Part shown: positions 18,280 to 26,534 of the stretch, one piece after another
Numbering within the stretch: position 1 is the stretch's first letter
How the letters are laid out: each line of letters opens with the position of its first letter
Assembly: GCA_944381365.1 (NCBI GenBank)
Contig: CALWKW010000002.1
Span: forward strand, 385,952 to 449,951
From: an uncultured Christensenellaceae bacterium
Lineage (GTDB): Bacteria > Bacillota > Clostridia > Christensenellales > UBA3700
Reading direction: 5' to 3'
DNA length: 64,000 nucleotides
Translations under genes and position numbers: made by a program
The notes under the pieces: generated by a model
Told to the model about the DNA's origin: nothing
Database searches by the model: none
What the model saw: only the letters and a program-made list of their open reading frames with translations

Positions 18280-19680
18280 TTATACAAAAGGGTCGTCATC
18301 GTCTTTTTTGTTATGAGCAGGCTCACTATTCTTTTCTATATGACTATCGCTTTTAAAAGTATCGAAATTGTCGTCAAAAGGCTCTTTTTCTTGTTCTGAA
18401 GAATTTTCCTCTCCGCCCATATTGACGATATATTTGTCCCTGTTTTTCTGCACATAATTCTTGACTGCAATCGAGCCGCCGAAAATAAGAGCAATCACGA
18501 CAGCTTTTACGGAAATGTTTATCCATGTAGCTGTTCTTGAGCTTTGAGCTGTTTGGTTGACTTGCTCGTCCTTGGCAAGTGACAAAGCTTTTGTCATAAC
18601 TTCGCTGTTTTGAGTGTCGAGTGCCACAAGCACAGAATTTATGACATCGTTTGTCATGCCCTTGACTGCCTCTTCGCCTTTTCTCTCTATCATATTGGCA
18701 AAAGTATCGTCTTTTGTATGATATACATTCGTCTTGCCTTTTATCTCAGTCATCATAGGGTTGTCGTTTGTCGACCAATCCAAAGACAAATAGTTTGCCG
18801 CAGGTATTCCCTTGTTCATAAGATAGTATTGATTTCCGAGCATACCGATATGAGAATAATTGTAGATGGCACTGCTTTCCAAAATAAAGTTTCCCGCCTG
18901 TTTGTCAGCAGGCAACTTCGTAAGTCCCTGTGAAGCCTTTGAAAGATAATTGCCATAACTTGTCTGAGTCTCTCCGGTATAAAGATAAAGATTTGTTCCG
19001 CCGGCAAGCATAGAGAAGTTGATAGCGAGTTTTATGTTTTCCACATCGGCTCTTTTGAGATTGTCGGCAAAATATTTTGCTCCCATCCATGTATAGCTTC
19101 CGCCCGTTAAAAACGCAAAAGTAATGTCATAGCCATAATCGGTATCTTTCATTAGTTCGGCAAGAGTAAGCATTACGGCTACGCCCGCACCGCTCTCATA
19201 ACTGCCGTCTGCCGCCCATTCTCCGTCACTGCCTTTTTCGGCATAGAGATTGTCATATTGAGTCATGAGAAGAATTTCACCTTTTGACTGAGCGGATTTT
19301 TTTGTGAAAATCACATTATAAGCAAGGCTGTCTTTTACGGAACTTCCGTCATATCTGTTGAAGCCCAACTTGAATGAATCCAAGCCCGCAACGCCGTCCG
19401 TCTCGTATTCGCTCGTATAGCCCCATCCGCTCATAAGAGAAGCGATATATTCTGCCGCTTTCTTTTCGCCTTCGGTAGCCATGGTACGGTTTGCGTATTC
19501 GCCCGACAATTCTTGCATATATGAATATGCCTTATCGCCGTATTCTCCTTTTGATGTCTTTATGTCAAAATCCGTCAAGACTTTCTGACAACCCGAAAAG
19601 GACAAAAGCATTATGCCTGCAAGTGCAAGTATTATCAATATTATCGCAACGCTTCTTTTCATCAATCTGTTTATCGTCAT
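18280..19680 (-). CDS. membrane-anchored M28-peptidase-like protein, metal ligands apparently degenerate
   Basis: GAGGTGA RBS plus ATG at 19680. N-terminal signal/lipobox-like SFSGC and a C-terminal TM. The M28 scaffold is recognisable (ESGAGVAVMLTLAEL, YHTKDDT), but the HxD, EE and D positions read QYD, GG and S. Confidence 0.5.
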   Translation of the reverse strand: MTINRLMKRSVAIILIILALAGIMLLSFSGCQKVLTDFDIKTSKGEYGDKAYSYMQELSGEYANRTMATEGEKKAAEYIASLMSGWGYTSEYETDGVAGLDSFKLGFNRYDGSSVKDSLAYNVIFTKKSAQSKGEILLMTQYDNLYAEKGSDGEWAADGSYESGAGVAVMLTLAELMKDTDYGYDITFAFLTGGSYTWMGAKYFADNLKRADVENIKLAINFSMLAGGTNLYLYTGETQTSYGNYLSKASQGLTKLPADKQAGNFILESSAIYNYSHIGMLGNQYYLMNKGIPAANYLSLDWSTNDNPMMTEIKGKTNVYHTKDDTFANMIERKGEEAVKGMTNDVINSVLVALDTQNSEVMTKALSLAKDEQVNQTAQSSRTATWINISVKAVVIALIFGGSIAVKNYVQKNRDKYIVNMGGEENSSEQEKEPFDDNFDTFKSDSHIEKNSEPAHNKKDDDDPFV

Positions 19681-19690
19681 AATACTCACC

Positions 19691-20344
19691 TCACACAAAC
19701 AACAGCAAAGTAATTGCCGGTATCATCATAATATGGAAGATTATAGGATAAAGCTTTTTTTCTGTCTTTCTCGTGTACAACAAGAAAAACAATGCCATTG
19801 CCAAAACTGCCAAAAAGACATTTACCAAAGCTCTGCCTATGTTGTAAGCAATAGGATTGAGATAAAAGATAAGCTCTGCTATACCCAATGCCAATGTAAG
19901 GAAAATAAAACTCGAATCGAGACATATTCTGAATTTTTTGATGTCGAATGTATTTCCCAAAACAAGCATCTGATTGAACAAAAGATATGCAAAAAACTTT
20001 GCATAAAGATGATACAACAAAAAGAATATCAAAGTCATGATAAGCGGCGTAATTATCTTATAGCTTATCATCACCATATTGTTTTGGAATATGCCCAAAG
20101 CTTCGAGCATGTTTGCTCCGCCCAAAAGTTCGGTAAAATAATCCGTGCTGTTTGTGGATATCTTATAAAAAAACATCGTATTATAAGATTGCAAATCCGT
20201 AAACACCAACGAAAAGAATATCGTACAGAAAAGCACTACCTTGAGGATTATTGTCAAGGCATTGTTTTTGAGCTTCGGCGTCTTGGGACGGATATAATAC
20301 ATCTGATTGTTCATATTAGGGTTTGGATTCTGATTATACTGCAT
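19691..20344 (-). CDS. polytopic membrane protein, unknown function
   Basis: 217-aa ORF with an Asn/Pro-rich N-terminus followed by about six TM helices. Confidence 0.4.
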   Translation of the reverse strand: MQYNQNPNPNMNNQMYYIRPKTPKLKNNALTIILKVVLFCTIFFSLVFTDLQSYNTMFFYKISTNSTDYFTELLGGANMLEALGIFQNNMVMISYKIITPLIMTLIFFLLYHLYAKFFAYLLFNQMLVLGNTFDIKKFRICLDSSFIFLTLALGIAELIFYLNPIAYNIGRALVNVFLAVLAMALFFLLYTRKTEKKLYPIIFHIMMIPAITLLLFV

Positions 20345-21329
20345 TTGTCTTTCCCATCAAATATACTATCGCTTTGTCAAGTGCGTTTTCGGGCGAAATC
20401 TTTCCGCTTTTGAAATCGTACTCCAAGTCATAGAGATAGTAAAGTGTATTTTTTATTTTGTAAAGATAGCCGGGGATTTTTCGTTTTGATTCCTCTATCC
20501 TCTTTTTTATGTTGTAGATTGCACCGCTTTTTATGTTGAGACTTTTTGCAAGAAAATCTGTTTCTCCGCTGTTTGTCATAAGTGCAAAAATGTTTTTGTA
20601 GCTTGCCGTGATAAGTGCCAAGAGTCCCGAGGGCTTTTCGCCTCTTGCTCGCATAACGCTCATTATTCCCATGGCTTTGTCATAGTTTTTGTCCTGCATG
20701 GATGATATAAACTCATAGACTTTTGTCTCTATGTCGGCAGGTACGAGTTCTTCCACGATATGAGTATCTGCCACTATTTCCTGACCGCAATACAAGATTA
20801 TCTTGTCAAGCTCGTTGTTTATCTTGGCAAAATCCCTGTTGCAGGCATTGGCAATGGCTGATGCGGTCTTTTCGTCATACTTGACTTTGTAGTACTTGAG
20901 CAAGGTCTGGATATAGTTTACACACATAGGCAAATCCATAGTATTGCAATCCACTACTACTATGTATGAATCTATTACTTTGGCTATCGAAGGGCTGTTG
21001 ACCAAAACAAGAATGTTGTCTGAAGATTTGTCATTGATATAATCCAGCCATTTTTCAGCGTCATCCACACTGAGTTTTGCCGTCACATCTCTCACTATTA
21101 CTATTCTTTTGTCGCCAAACATGCTTCCGTAGGCAAGCGATGCGATAATCTCGTCAGTGGTGGTTTCGTTTCCTTCAAAAGTCTGTATGCAAAACTCTCT
21201 TCCTTCTTCAGGTATAAGCTCAGAAAACTTTTCCAATGAATACAAGATAAGCCCCTCATCGTTGCCGATAAGAGAATAAATATCCGCTATATTATCCTTG
21301 AATGAGCGTTTGAGCTGAAGTGCCTGCAT
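20334..21329 (-). CDS. holA: DNA polymerase III delta subunit
   Basis: 331 aa, directly downstream of comEC (the conserved Firmicutes comEC-holA pair). Delta-like N-terminal pattern IYSLIGNDEGLI. Confidence 0.65.
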   Translation of the reverse strand: MQALQLKRSFKDNIADIYSLIGNDEGLILYSLEKFSELIPEEGREFCIQTFEGNETTTDEIIASLAYGSMFGDKRIVIVRDVTAKLSVDDAEKWLDYINDKSSDNILVLVNSPSIAKVIDSYIVVVDCNTMDLPMCVNYIQTLLKYYKVKYDEKTASAIANACNRDFAKINNELDKIILYCGQEIVADTHIVEELVPADIETKVYEFISSMQDKNYDKAMGIMSVMRARGEKPSGLLALITASYKNIFALMTNSGETDFLAKSLNIKSGAIYNIKKRIEESKRKIPGYLYKIKNTLYYLYDLEYDFKSGKISPENALDKAIVYLMGKTNAV

Positions 21330-21342
21330 ACCTTCTCCGTGA

Positions 21343-23472
21343 TTATGATGCTTTTATTTTAGCATCTTTTATCTTAATTGTAAATGTTGATGATATATAA
21401 TTTTGCAGTGAATTTACAAATCCTTCTTCGCACACGATATACTTGTCTTTTTCTCCCGCTCCTGCCAAATCGTAGCTCACAAGAATATCATATTCGTTGT
21501 CTTTGTTGACATAACCGTCTGCCAGCACCTTGATTTTTGTTTCGCCTATTATTATTTCCAAAGTGCCTCTATTGTAAAAGCCAATCATAAAATCCGTGTC
21601 AAAAAGCAAAGTGTTTACCTTGTAGCCGATATTGAGATAATCGTTTTCTGAAAAGCTGTAAAGCTCAGAGCAATTCGACTTATACATTATCTCTTTCAAT
21701 ATCTCTTCTTCGCAAGTATCCACCACGACTACGCCGTCAATCTTTGTGATATGATATTCTCTTATCTTTTCTTGAGTAATATCGGGTGCGTCATAGCCCG
21801 CTTGTCCGTTAATAATCAGATATGTACCGTTTTTTGTATCATCGACAATGATTATCTGACATTCGCTTGCGTCTTCAAATCCATATACAAAAGTAGTATC
21901 TGCCGTCTTTATGTTGAGGTTTGCGATTATGCCTATACAAAACGCCGCAAGCAATACTCCCGAGGTAATCTGCTTTGCCTTTTTGGGTATCATAATGTAT
22001 TTTGACAAAACAAGCATTATCAAAATGTTTATTGCTATAAAGACTTTATTCAATTTGAAGTTTATCATAAGGAAATTCCACTTGCTGATTCCCTTGACGA
22101 TTTCCACAAGCAATGTAAATATCCACCCCATAGCCGTGAGCAAAAATCCCATAAAAGGCAGTATAGCCACCAAAAAAGCAACGATAAGATATACGGGGAA
22201 TATTATCGAAAGCACAGGCACGACAATGAGATTTGCCACTACAAACAACATCGATTGTCCGCCGAAATATACAAGCATGACGGGAAGCAAAGCTATGTTT
22301 GCCGAAAATGTAGCACTCAAAGGACTTATCAACTTTGACGGACATCTAAGCTTTTTGAGACACCTTGCTATCGGCTTTGAGAGCGTAATAAGTCCCAAGA
22401 CCGCCAAAAAGCTCATCAAAAATCCTAAGTCAAACAAATACATAGGATTCACTACAAGAAGTATGACGGCCGCCAAAGACAGATTTGTCAAAGCATCGCT
22501 TCGCATCATAAATATTCTGCTTGCCAAAAATACAAGCACCATAATTGTCGCCCTTATTGTCGATGGCGAGAATTCGCACATCGCACAAAAAGATATGAGA
22601 ACTGCTCCCACTACCAAAAAGTTTGCGAGACTGTTTTTTATCTTGAATTTTTTGAGCAAATACAACACCGCTCCCGCTATCATACCGATATGAAGACCTG
22701 ATACCGCAAATATATGTGCCGTGCCCGTGTATGAAAAAGCGTCAATGGTTTCATCATCCAATCCCGATTTGTCGCCAAAGGTCATTGCATACAAAAAGCC
22801 TGCCGTATCAGATTTTATGTTGTTATAAAGCACGCTTTTTATTCTGAGCTTTATTTTGTCGGTTATGGTCGCATCGTTTCCTTTGTTTTCAAAGACAAAA
22901 TCGTCTTTTGTGCTGTCCCAATCGGCTTTTATATAATAATAAATGCCGTCCGTATAATCCGCCACAGAATAGCTATCGTTTGCGTCCACCTTCAAAGGAC
23001 TCACATCTCCCTTGAATTTTATTCTGTCGCCTATTTTGTATCCTTCTAGCAAGCTGCCATCCAATATGACTGTCTGTGCCTTTCCCTTATACTCAACTCC
23101 CGCAAAAGTTAGGTCCTCGAGATATATCTCCACTTTTCCTTCGGCATTGACAAAGCCACTTTTATCGCTTTCGCTGATTATGTCTATTCTGCCTGTTATC
23201 TCCACATTTTTGAGATAAATCTGTCTGTCTTCGATTGCCGCAAAATTCAGTTCTGTCACGCCAAGCATAATGCAAAAAGCAAGAAGCACCGCTATGAGTT
23301 TGCCTCTTGCCTTTTTCATTTGTCTTACGAATACCGAACACAACAAAAGTATCAATGCTCCCGCAAGCACAGCAAGAATGAGTGCCGTATCGAGATATAC
23401 CCCACAACATACAGCCAAAATAATACCCATCAAAATCAATGGTATCAATCTGAAATTAAAAATTCTTTGCAT
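21343..23472 (-). CDS. comEC: ComEC/Rec2 DNA internalisation channel protein
   Basis: 709 aa with an N-terminal OB-like region. Central competence domain (YTGTAHIFAVSGLHIGMI) with many TM helices. The C-terminal beta-lactamase-like region lacks an HxHxDH motif. Confidence 0.8.
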   Translation of the reverse strand: MQRIFNFRLIPLILMGIILAVCCGVYLDTALILAVLAGALILLLCSVFVRQMKKARGKLIAVLLAFCIMLGVTELNFAAIEDRQIYLKNVEITGRIDIISESDKSGFVNAEGKVEIYLEDLTFAGVEYKGKAQTVILDGSLLEGYKIGDRIKFKGDVSPLKVDANDSYSVADYTDGIYYYIKADWDSTKDDFVFENKGNDATITDKIKLRIKSVLYNNIKSDTAGFLYAMTFGDKSGLDDETIDAFSYTGTAHIFAVSGLHIGMIAGAVLYLLKKFKIKNSLANFLVVGAVLISFCAMCEFSPSTIRATIMVLVFLASRIFMMRSDALTNLSLAAVILLVVNPMYLFDLGFLMSFLAVLGLITLSKPIARCLKKLRCPSKLISPLSATFSANIALLPVMLVYFGGQSMLFVVANLIVVPVLSIIFPVYLIVAFLVAILPFMGFLLTAMGWIFTLLVEIVKGISKWNFLMINFKLNKVFIAINILIMLVLSKYIMIPKKAKQITSGVLLAAFCIGIIANLNIKTADTTFVYGFEDASECQIIIVDDTKNGTYLIINGQAGYDAPDITQEKIREYHITKIDGVVVVDTCEEEILKEIMYKSNCSELYSFSENDYLNIGYKVNTLLFDTDFMIGFYNRGTLEIIIGETKIKVLADGYVNKDNEYDILVSYDLAGAGEKDKYIVCEEGFVNSLQNYISSTFTIKIKDAKIKAS

Positions 23473-23517
23473 TCTTCTTTTGTCGTTTTGTCTTTTGTAA
23501 TAATAGTTTGTCAGTAT

Positions 23518-23554
23518 AAAAAAGTACGATGATTACACCGTACTTGCTTTTTTT
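23518..23554. terminator. bidirectional terminator downstream of ppa
   Basis: AAGTACG...CGTACTT stem flanked by an A-run and a T-run. Confidence 0.6.
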
Positions 23555-23560
23555 GATATG

Positions 23561-24094
23561 TTATTCTTTGAGAAATACCTCATCATAAAGCTGTATGGCT
23601 TTTGATATAGATTTTATCGCTACCTCTCTTCCCGAAAGTTCCAGAACTTCCATTTTTTTGCCTTCGAGCTGCTTATATACTCCAAAGAAATGCTTTATCT
23701 CCTCTATAATGTGCTGAGGCAGCTGTTTTACATCGGTATAATCGTTCCAGTTCGGATCTCTGAAAGGTACGGCAAGTATTTTTATATCCTCTCTGCCATC
23801 ATCAATCATGGCTATCTGCCCGATAGGATAACATCTCACAAGAGCCAGCGGGGCTATCTCTTCGCTGCAAAGCACCAGCACATCCAAAGGATCGCCGTCA
23901 TCTGCGTAAGTGCGAGGTATAAAACCGTAATTGGCAGGATAGTGAGTGGCTGTATACAAAATTCTGTCTAGAATAAGCATACCCGTCTGCTTATCCACTT
24001 CATATTTGTTTTTGCAGCCCTTAGGGATTTCAATACAACTTATAAAATCCTCAGGAGCAATTCTGTCCTTGCTCAAATCATGCCAAATATTCAT
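23561..24094 (-). CDS. ppa: family I inorganic pyrophosphatase
   Basis: IEIPKGCKNKYEVD, YPANYGFIPRT and DGDPLDVLVL are classic family I PPase blocks. Confidence 0.9.
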   Translation of the reverse strand: MNIWHDLSKDRIAPEDFISCIEIPKGCKNKYEVDKQTGMLILDRILYTATHYPANYGFIPRTYADDGDPLDVLVLCSEEIAPLALVRCYPIGQIAMIDDGREDIKILAVPFRDPNWNDYTDVKQLPQHIIEEIKHFFGVYKQLEGKKMEVLELSGREVAIKSISKAIQLYDEVFLKE

Positions 24095-24219
24095 ATCTTT
24101 CCCCCAAAAAATTAATCTTTATGATATATTTATAATGTATCGTACTACAATTTTACTACAAAACCGCAAATAAATCTATCAAAAACAAAAAATTTTTAAT
24201 TGATTTTATAAAAAATTGA

Positions 24220-24248
24220 TTGCAAATAGCAAAATATTATGCTAATAT
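24220..24248 (+). promoter_or_regulatory. tRNA-Leu promoter
   Basis: TTGCAA, 17 nt, TAATAT, with a TG-extended -10 box. It lies about 25 nt upstream of the tRNA 5' end. Confidence 0.55.
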
Positions 24249-24272
24249 ATTAAAGCAATTAGCAAAACATAC

Positions 24273-24359
24273 GCCGAAGTGGTGGAATTGGCAGACGCGC
24301 CGGACTCAAAATCCGGTGATGGCGACATCATGCGGGTTCAAGTCCCGCCTTCGGCACCA
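24273..24359 (+). tRNA. tRNA-Leu (anticodon CAA), CCA encoded
   Basis: Acceptor stem GCCGAAG/CTTCGGC. Anticodon loop CT-CAA-AA. Long variable arm (GGTGATGGCGACATCATG). T-arm GCGGGTTCAAGTCCCGC. 3' end is ACCA. Confidence 0.9.
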
Positions 24360-24370
24360 AGCAGGAATAA

Positions 24371-24406
24371 AACGAACCCTGAAAATTCAAGGTTCGTTTT
24401 TTTCTT
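24371..24406 (+). terminator. rho-independent terminator after tRNA-Leu
   Basis: AACGAACC...GGTTCGTT stem followed by a T-run. Confidence 0.7.
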
Positions 24407-24544
24407 TTCCAAAGATTGGTTTGCAACTATCATTTGTATAAACTTTTGATTTTCTTATATAGTGTTTTAATATAAGTGTTGAGGTTTTCTTTATTTACAA
24501 TTCAAATTATATTGATGCTATTTTTGAATTTAATAACAAAGTAA

Positions 24545-24571
24545 AAGGCAATCCTTAATTTGAATTGCCTT
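24545..24571 (-). terminator. terminator of the flavodoxin operon
   Basis: AAGGCAAT...ATTGCCTT stem followed by a T-rich tract on the minus strand. Confidence 0.6.
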
Positions 24572-24600
24572 TATTTTGATATAGATATTTTTATATTGAA

Positions 24601-25020
24601 TTATTTGCCGACTGACAATCTGCCAAGCGATTTGCAAGCATCTATTGCTTCGTCATCCGGCTCATTGTTTGCTATTATACCTTCGGCAAGCATTATTCCG
24701 CCTGCGTTTTGCACTCTTTCTTGCCAAGTACGCATCCACTCTCCGTCACCCCAATCATATGAACCGAATAATCCTATCTTTTTGCCATTGATATTACCTT
24801 CGATTGATGAGAAAAAGGGTTCAAACTCTTCGGATTCGAGCTCTTCGGCACCCATAGCAGGACAACCGAGCAACAATACATCGTATTCGCTTATGTCTCC
24901 TACTTGAGCTACATTGCAAAGTTTTATATCTCCGCCCGCTTCTTTTGCTCCTTCATAAACCGCTTGTGCCATAGCTTCGGTATTGCCTGTTCCTGACCAA
25001 TATACTATTATGCTTTTCAT
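24601..25020 (-). CDS. short-chain flavodoxin
   Basis: 139 aa. MKSIIVYWSGTGNTE FMN-phosphate loop and a later GSYDWGDG block. Confidence 0.9.
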   Translation of the reverse strand: MKSIIVYWSGTGNTEAMAQAVYEGAKEAGGDIKLCNVAQVGDISEYDVLLLGCPAMGAEELESEEFEPFFSSIEGNINGKKIGLFGSYDWGDGEWMRTWQERVQNAGGIMLAEGIIANNEPDDEAIDACKSLGRLSVGK

Positions 25021-25038
25021 TGTTAATCCTCCTGTTTT

Positions 25039-25581
25039 TTATTCTACTTGAAATATTTTTGTAATAGATTGACCCGCAATCATTCTGTTGCAAATACAAT
25101 TTGTGCACTTTCTGAATCTGTCAAAAATCTTTTGTTTTTCGCATTCGTTTGAATATACTTTCCAATAACCGCACAATTCTGTGCGTGCGGTAGGTTTTTC
25201 GATAAAGCCTCTTACATCTTCTAAAGGATAACCTAGAAATACTCCTATTTCGTGAGGAAAATCCTCCTCTTGCAACCTTTTTCTCATAAGCTCAACGGCT
25301 TGAGTCAAAGTTTTGTAATTGTATCCTTTTTCTTTAAGAAAATGGCGATTGAGCTCATCAAAAAGAATTTTTTCTAGACAGCTGCGATTATAAACATATA
25401 CGAGCAATCGACCTTTTGCCGCTCTCATAAATTTATATTCAAAGCCTTTTGCTCTGAACTTGCCTAAAAAATGGATGAATGTATCTTTCTCATCTTCTTT
25501 TATCGTATATAAACTAGCCGGCTTTAACTTTGCAAATGTTATACCGCAATGTTTGCCTAAATTATATTCTGCTTGACTCAT
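25039..25581 (-). CDS. DUF3793 family protein
   Basis: I place the start at MSQAEY (ATG at 25581, AAAGGAG RBS). The blocks FPHEIGVFLGYPLEDVRGFI and CGYWKVY resemble DUF3793, a frequent flavodoxin neighbour. Confidence 0.55.
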   Translation of the reverse strand: MSQAEYNLGKHCGITFAKLKPASLYTIKEDEKDTFIHFLGKFRAKGFEYKFMRAAKGRLLVYVYNRSCLEKILFDELNRHFLKEKGYNYKTLTQAVELMRKRLQEEDFPHEIGVFLGYPLEDVRGFIEKPTARTELCGYWKVYSNECEKQKIFDRFRKCTNCICNRMIAGQSITKIFQVE

Positions 25582-25594
25582 ATTTTCTCCTTTA

Positions 25595-25610
25595 GTTCGC
25601 ATATGCGAAC
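25595..25610. promoter_or_regulatory. GTTCG-class operator-like perfect palindrome (proximal)
   Basis: GTTCGCATATGCGAAC, between the -10 box and the RBS of the DUF3793-flavodoxin operon. Confidence 0.6.
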
Positions 25611-25618
25611 CTATATGT

Positions 25619-25647
25619 ATTGTAGCATTACTTTTTCAAAAACGCAA
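25619..25647 (-). promoter_or_regulatory. promoter of the DUF3793-flavodoxin operon
   Basis: On the minus strand: TTGCGT, 17 nt, TACAAT, with a TG-extended -10 box. Confidence 0.55.
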
Positions 25648-25664
25648 GCCTTTTTATATAAATA

Positions 25665-25680
25665 GTTCGCATATGCGAAC
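25665..25680. promoter_or_regulatory. GTTCG-class operator-like perfect palindrome (distal)
   Basis: Identical 16-mer GTTCGCATATGCGAAC, centred exactly 70 bp from the proximal copy and upstream of the -35 box. Confidence 0.6.
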
Positions 25681-25741
25681 TTATTTTAAGAGAGACTAAC
25701 CTTCATCCTATTATATGTATAAATTTTCTATAAAATGCAAA

Positions 25742-25790
25742 AAGAAAACGACTATGCCTTAGAAATAATCTTTTGCATAATCGTCTTCTT
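25742..25790 (-). terminator. candidate terminator of the ABC/lipoprotein/NEAT operon
   Basis: 16-nt arms with 14 of 16 paired (AAGAAAACGACTATGC / GCATAATCGTCTTCTT), followed by a T-run on the minus strand. Confidence 0.45.
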
Positions 25791-25904
25791 AAAATCCTAA
25801 CAATGATTTTGGAGATATTACTATTTTTTGTTTATATTTATAAACTTTTTATAACTCGTATCTAATAATTAATTATCTATAGTGTTTTGTCTGATTGACT
25901 ATTA

Positions 25905-26519
25905 TTATGCTTTATAAATTACGCCTTCAGCCAAACACCATACTTTCTTTGCTGTATGTAACTGAATATCTTCAAAGCCTGCTTTGAGCAAAAACTCTTT
26001 TAACTCTTCAGGAGTATAGATATTCATACCTTCGCAGCGTTTTGTCCAGAATTGTGCTTTTTGAGGATTTGTCATCTCTAATGCAAGAATAATCCTTCCT
26101 TTATCCTTTAATACCCTTGCGATTTCCTTAAGTCCTTCTACGGGGTCAGGCCAAAAATATATTGACTCAAATGAAATAACTTTATCGTACGAATTATCCT
26201 CAAATGGAAGATTCATAACATCTCCGCACACTATGTTTGTGCGTGATTTGAACTTTTGCGTATTTTGTATGCTGCTCTCGACGCTTGTGGCTGAATAATC
26301 TACGCCGTCTACCTCAATTGACGGATATTTCTTGAGAAGTATTATAATATTTCCGCCGCCGCCACATCCTACATCCAAAACCTTTTCTTCATTGTCAAAA
26401 GGCACCAAATCAAATGCCCAATTGCATAAAGGAGCATGTCCTTTGTTCATAGCATTTAATACCATTTTGCCAAACTTACCTTGGGGCTTTTTACAATTAC
26501 TTAAAAATTTTCTAAGCAT
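25905..26519 (-). CDS. class I SAM-dependent methyltransferase
   Basis: VLDVGCGGGGN SAM-binding motif I and a later DKVISFESIYF block. RBS GGAGAG. Begins 15 nt after the NEAT gene. Confidence 0.8.
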   Translation of the reverse strand: MLRKFLSNCKKPQGKFGKMVLNAMNKGHAPLCNWAFDLVPFDNEEKVLDVGCGGGGNIIILLKKYPSIEVDGVDYSATSVESSIQNTQKFKSRTNIVCGDVMNLPFEDNSYDKVISFESIYFWPDPVEGLKEIARVLKDKGRIILALEMTNPQKAQFWTKRCEGMNIYTPEELKEFLLKAGFEDIQLHTAKKVWCLAEGVIYKA

Positions 26520-26534
26520 AACTCTCTCCTTTTA

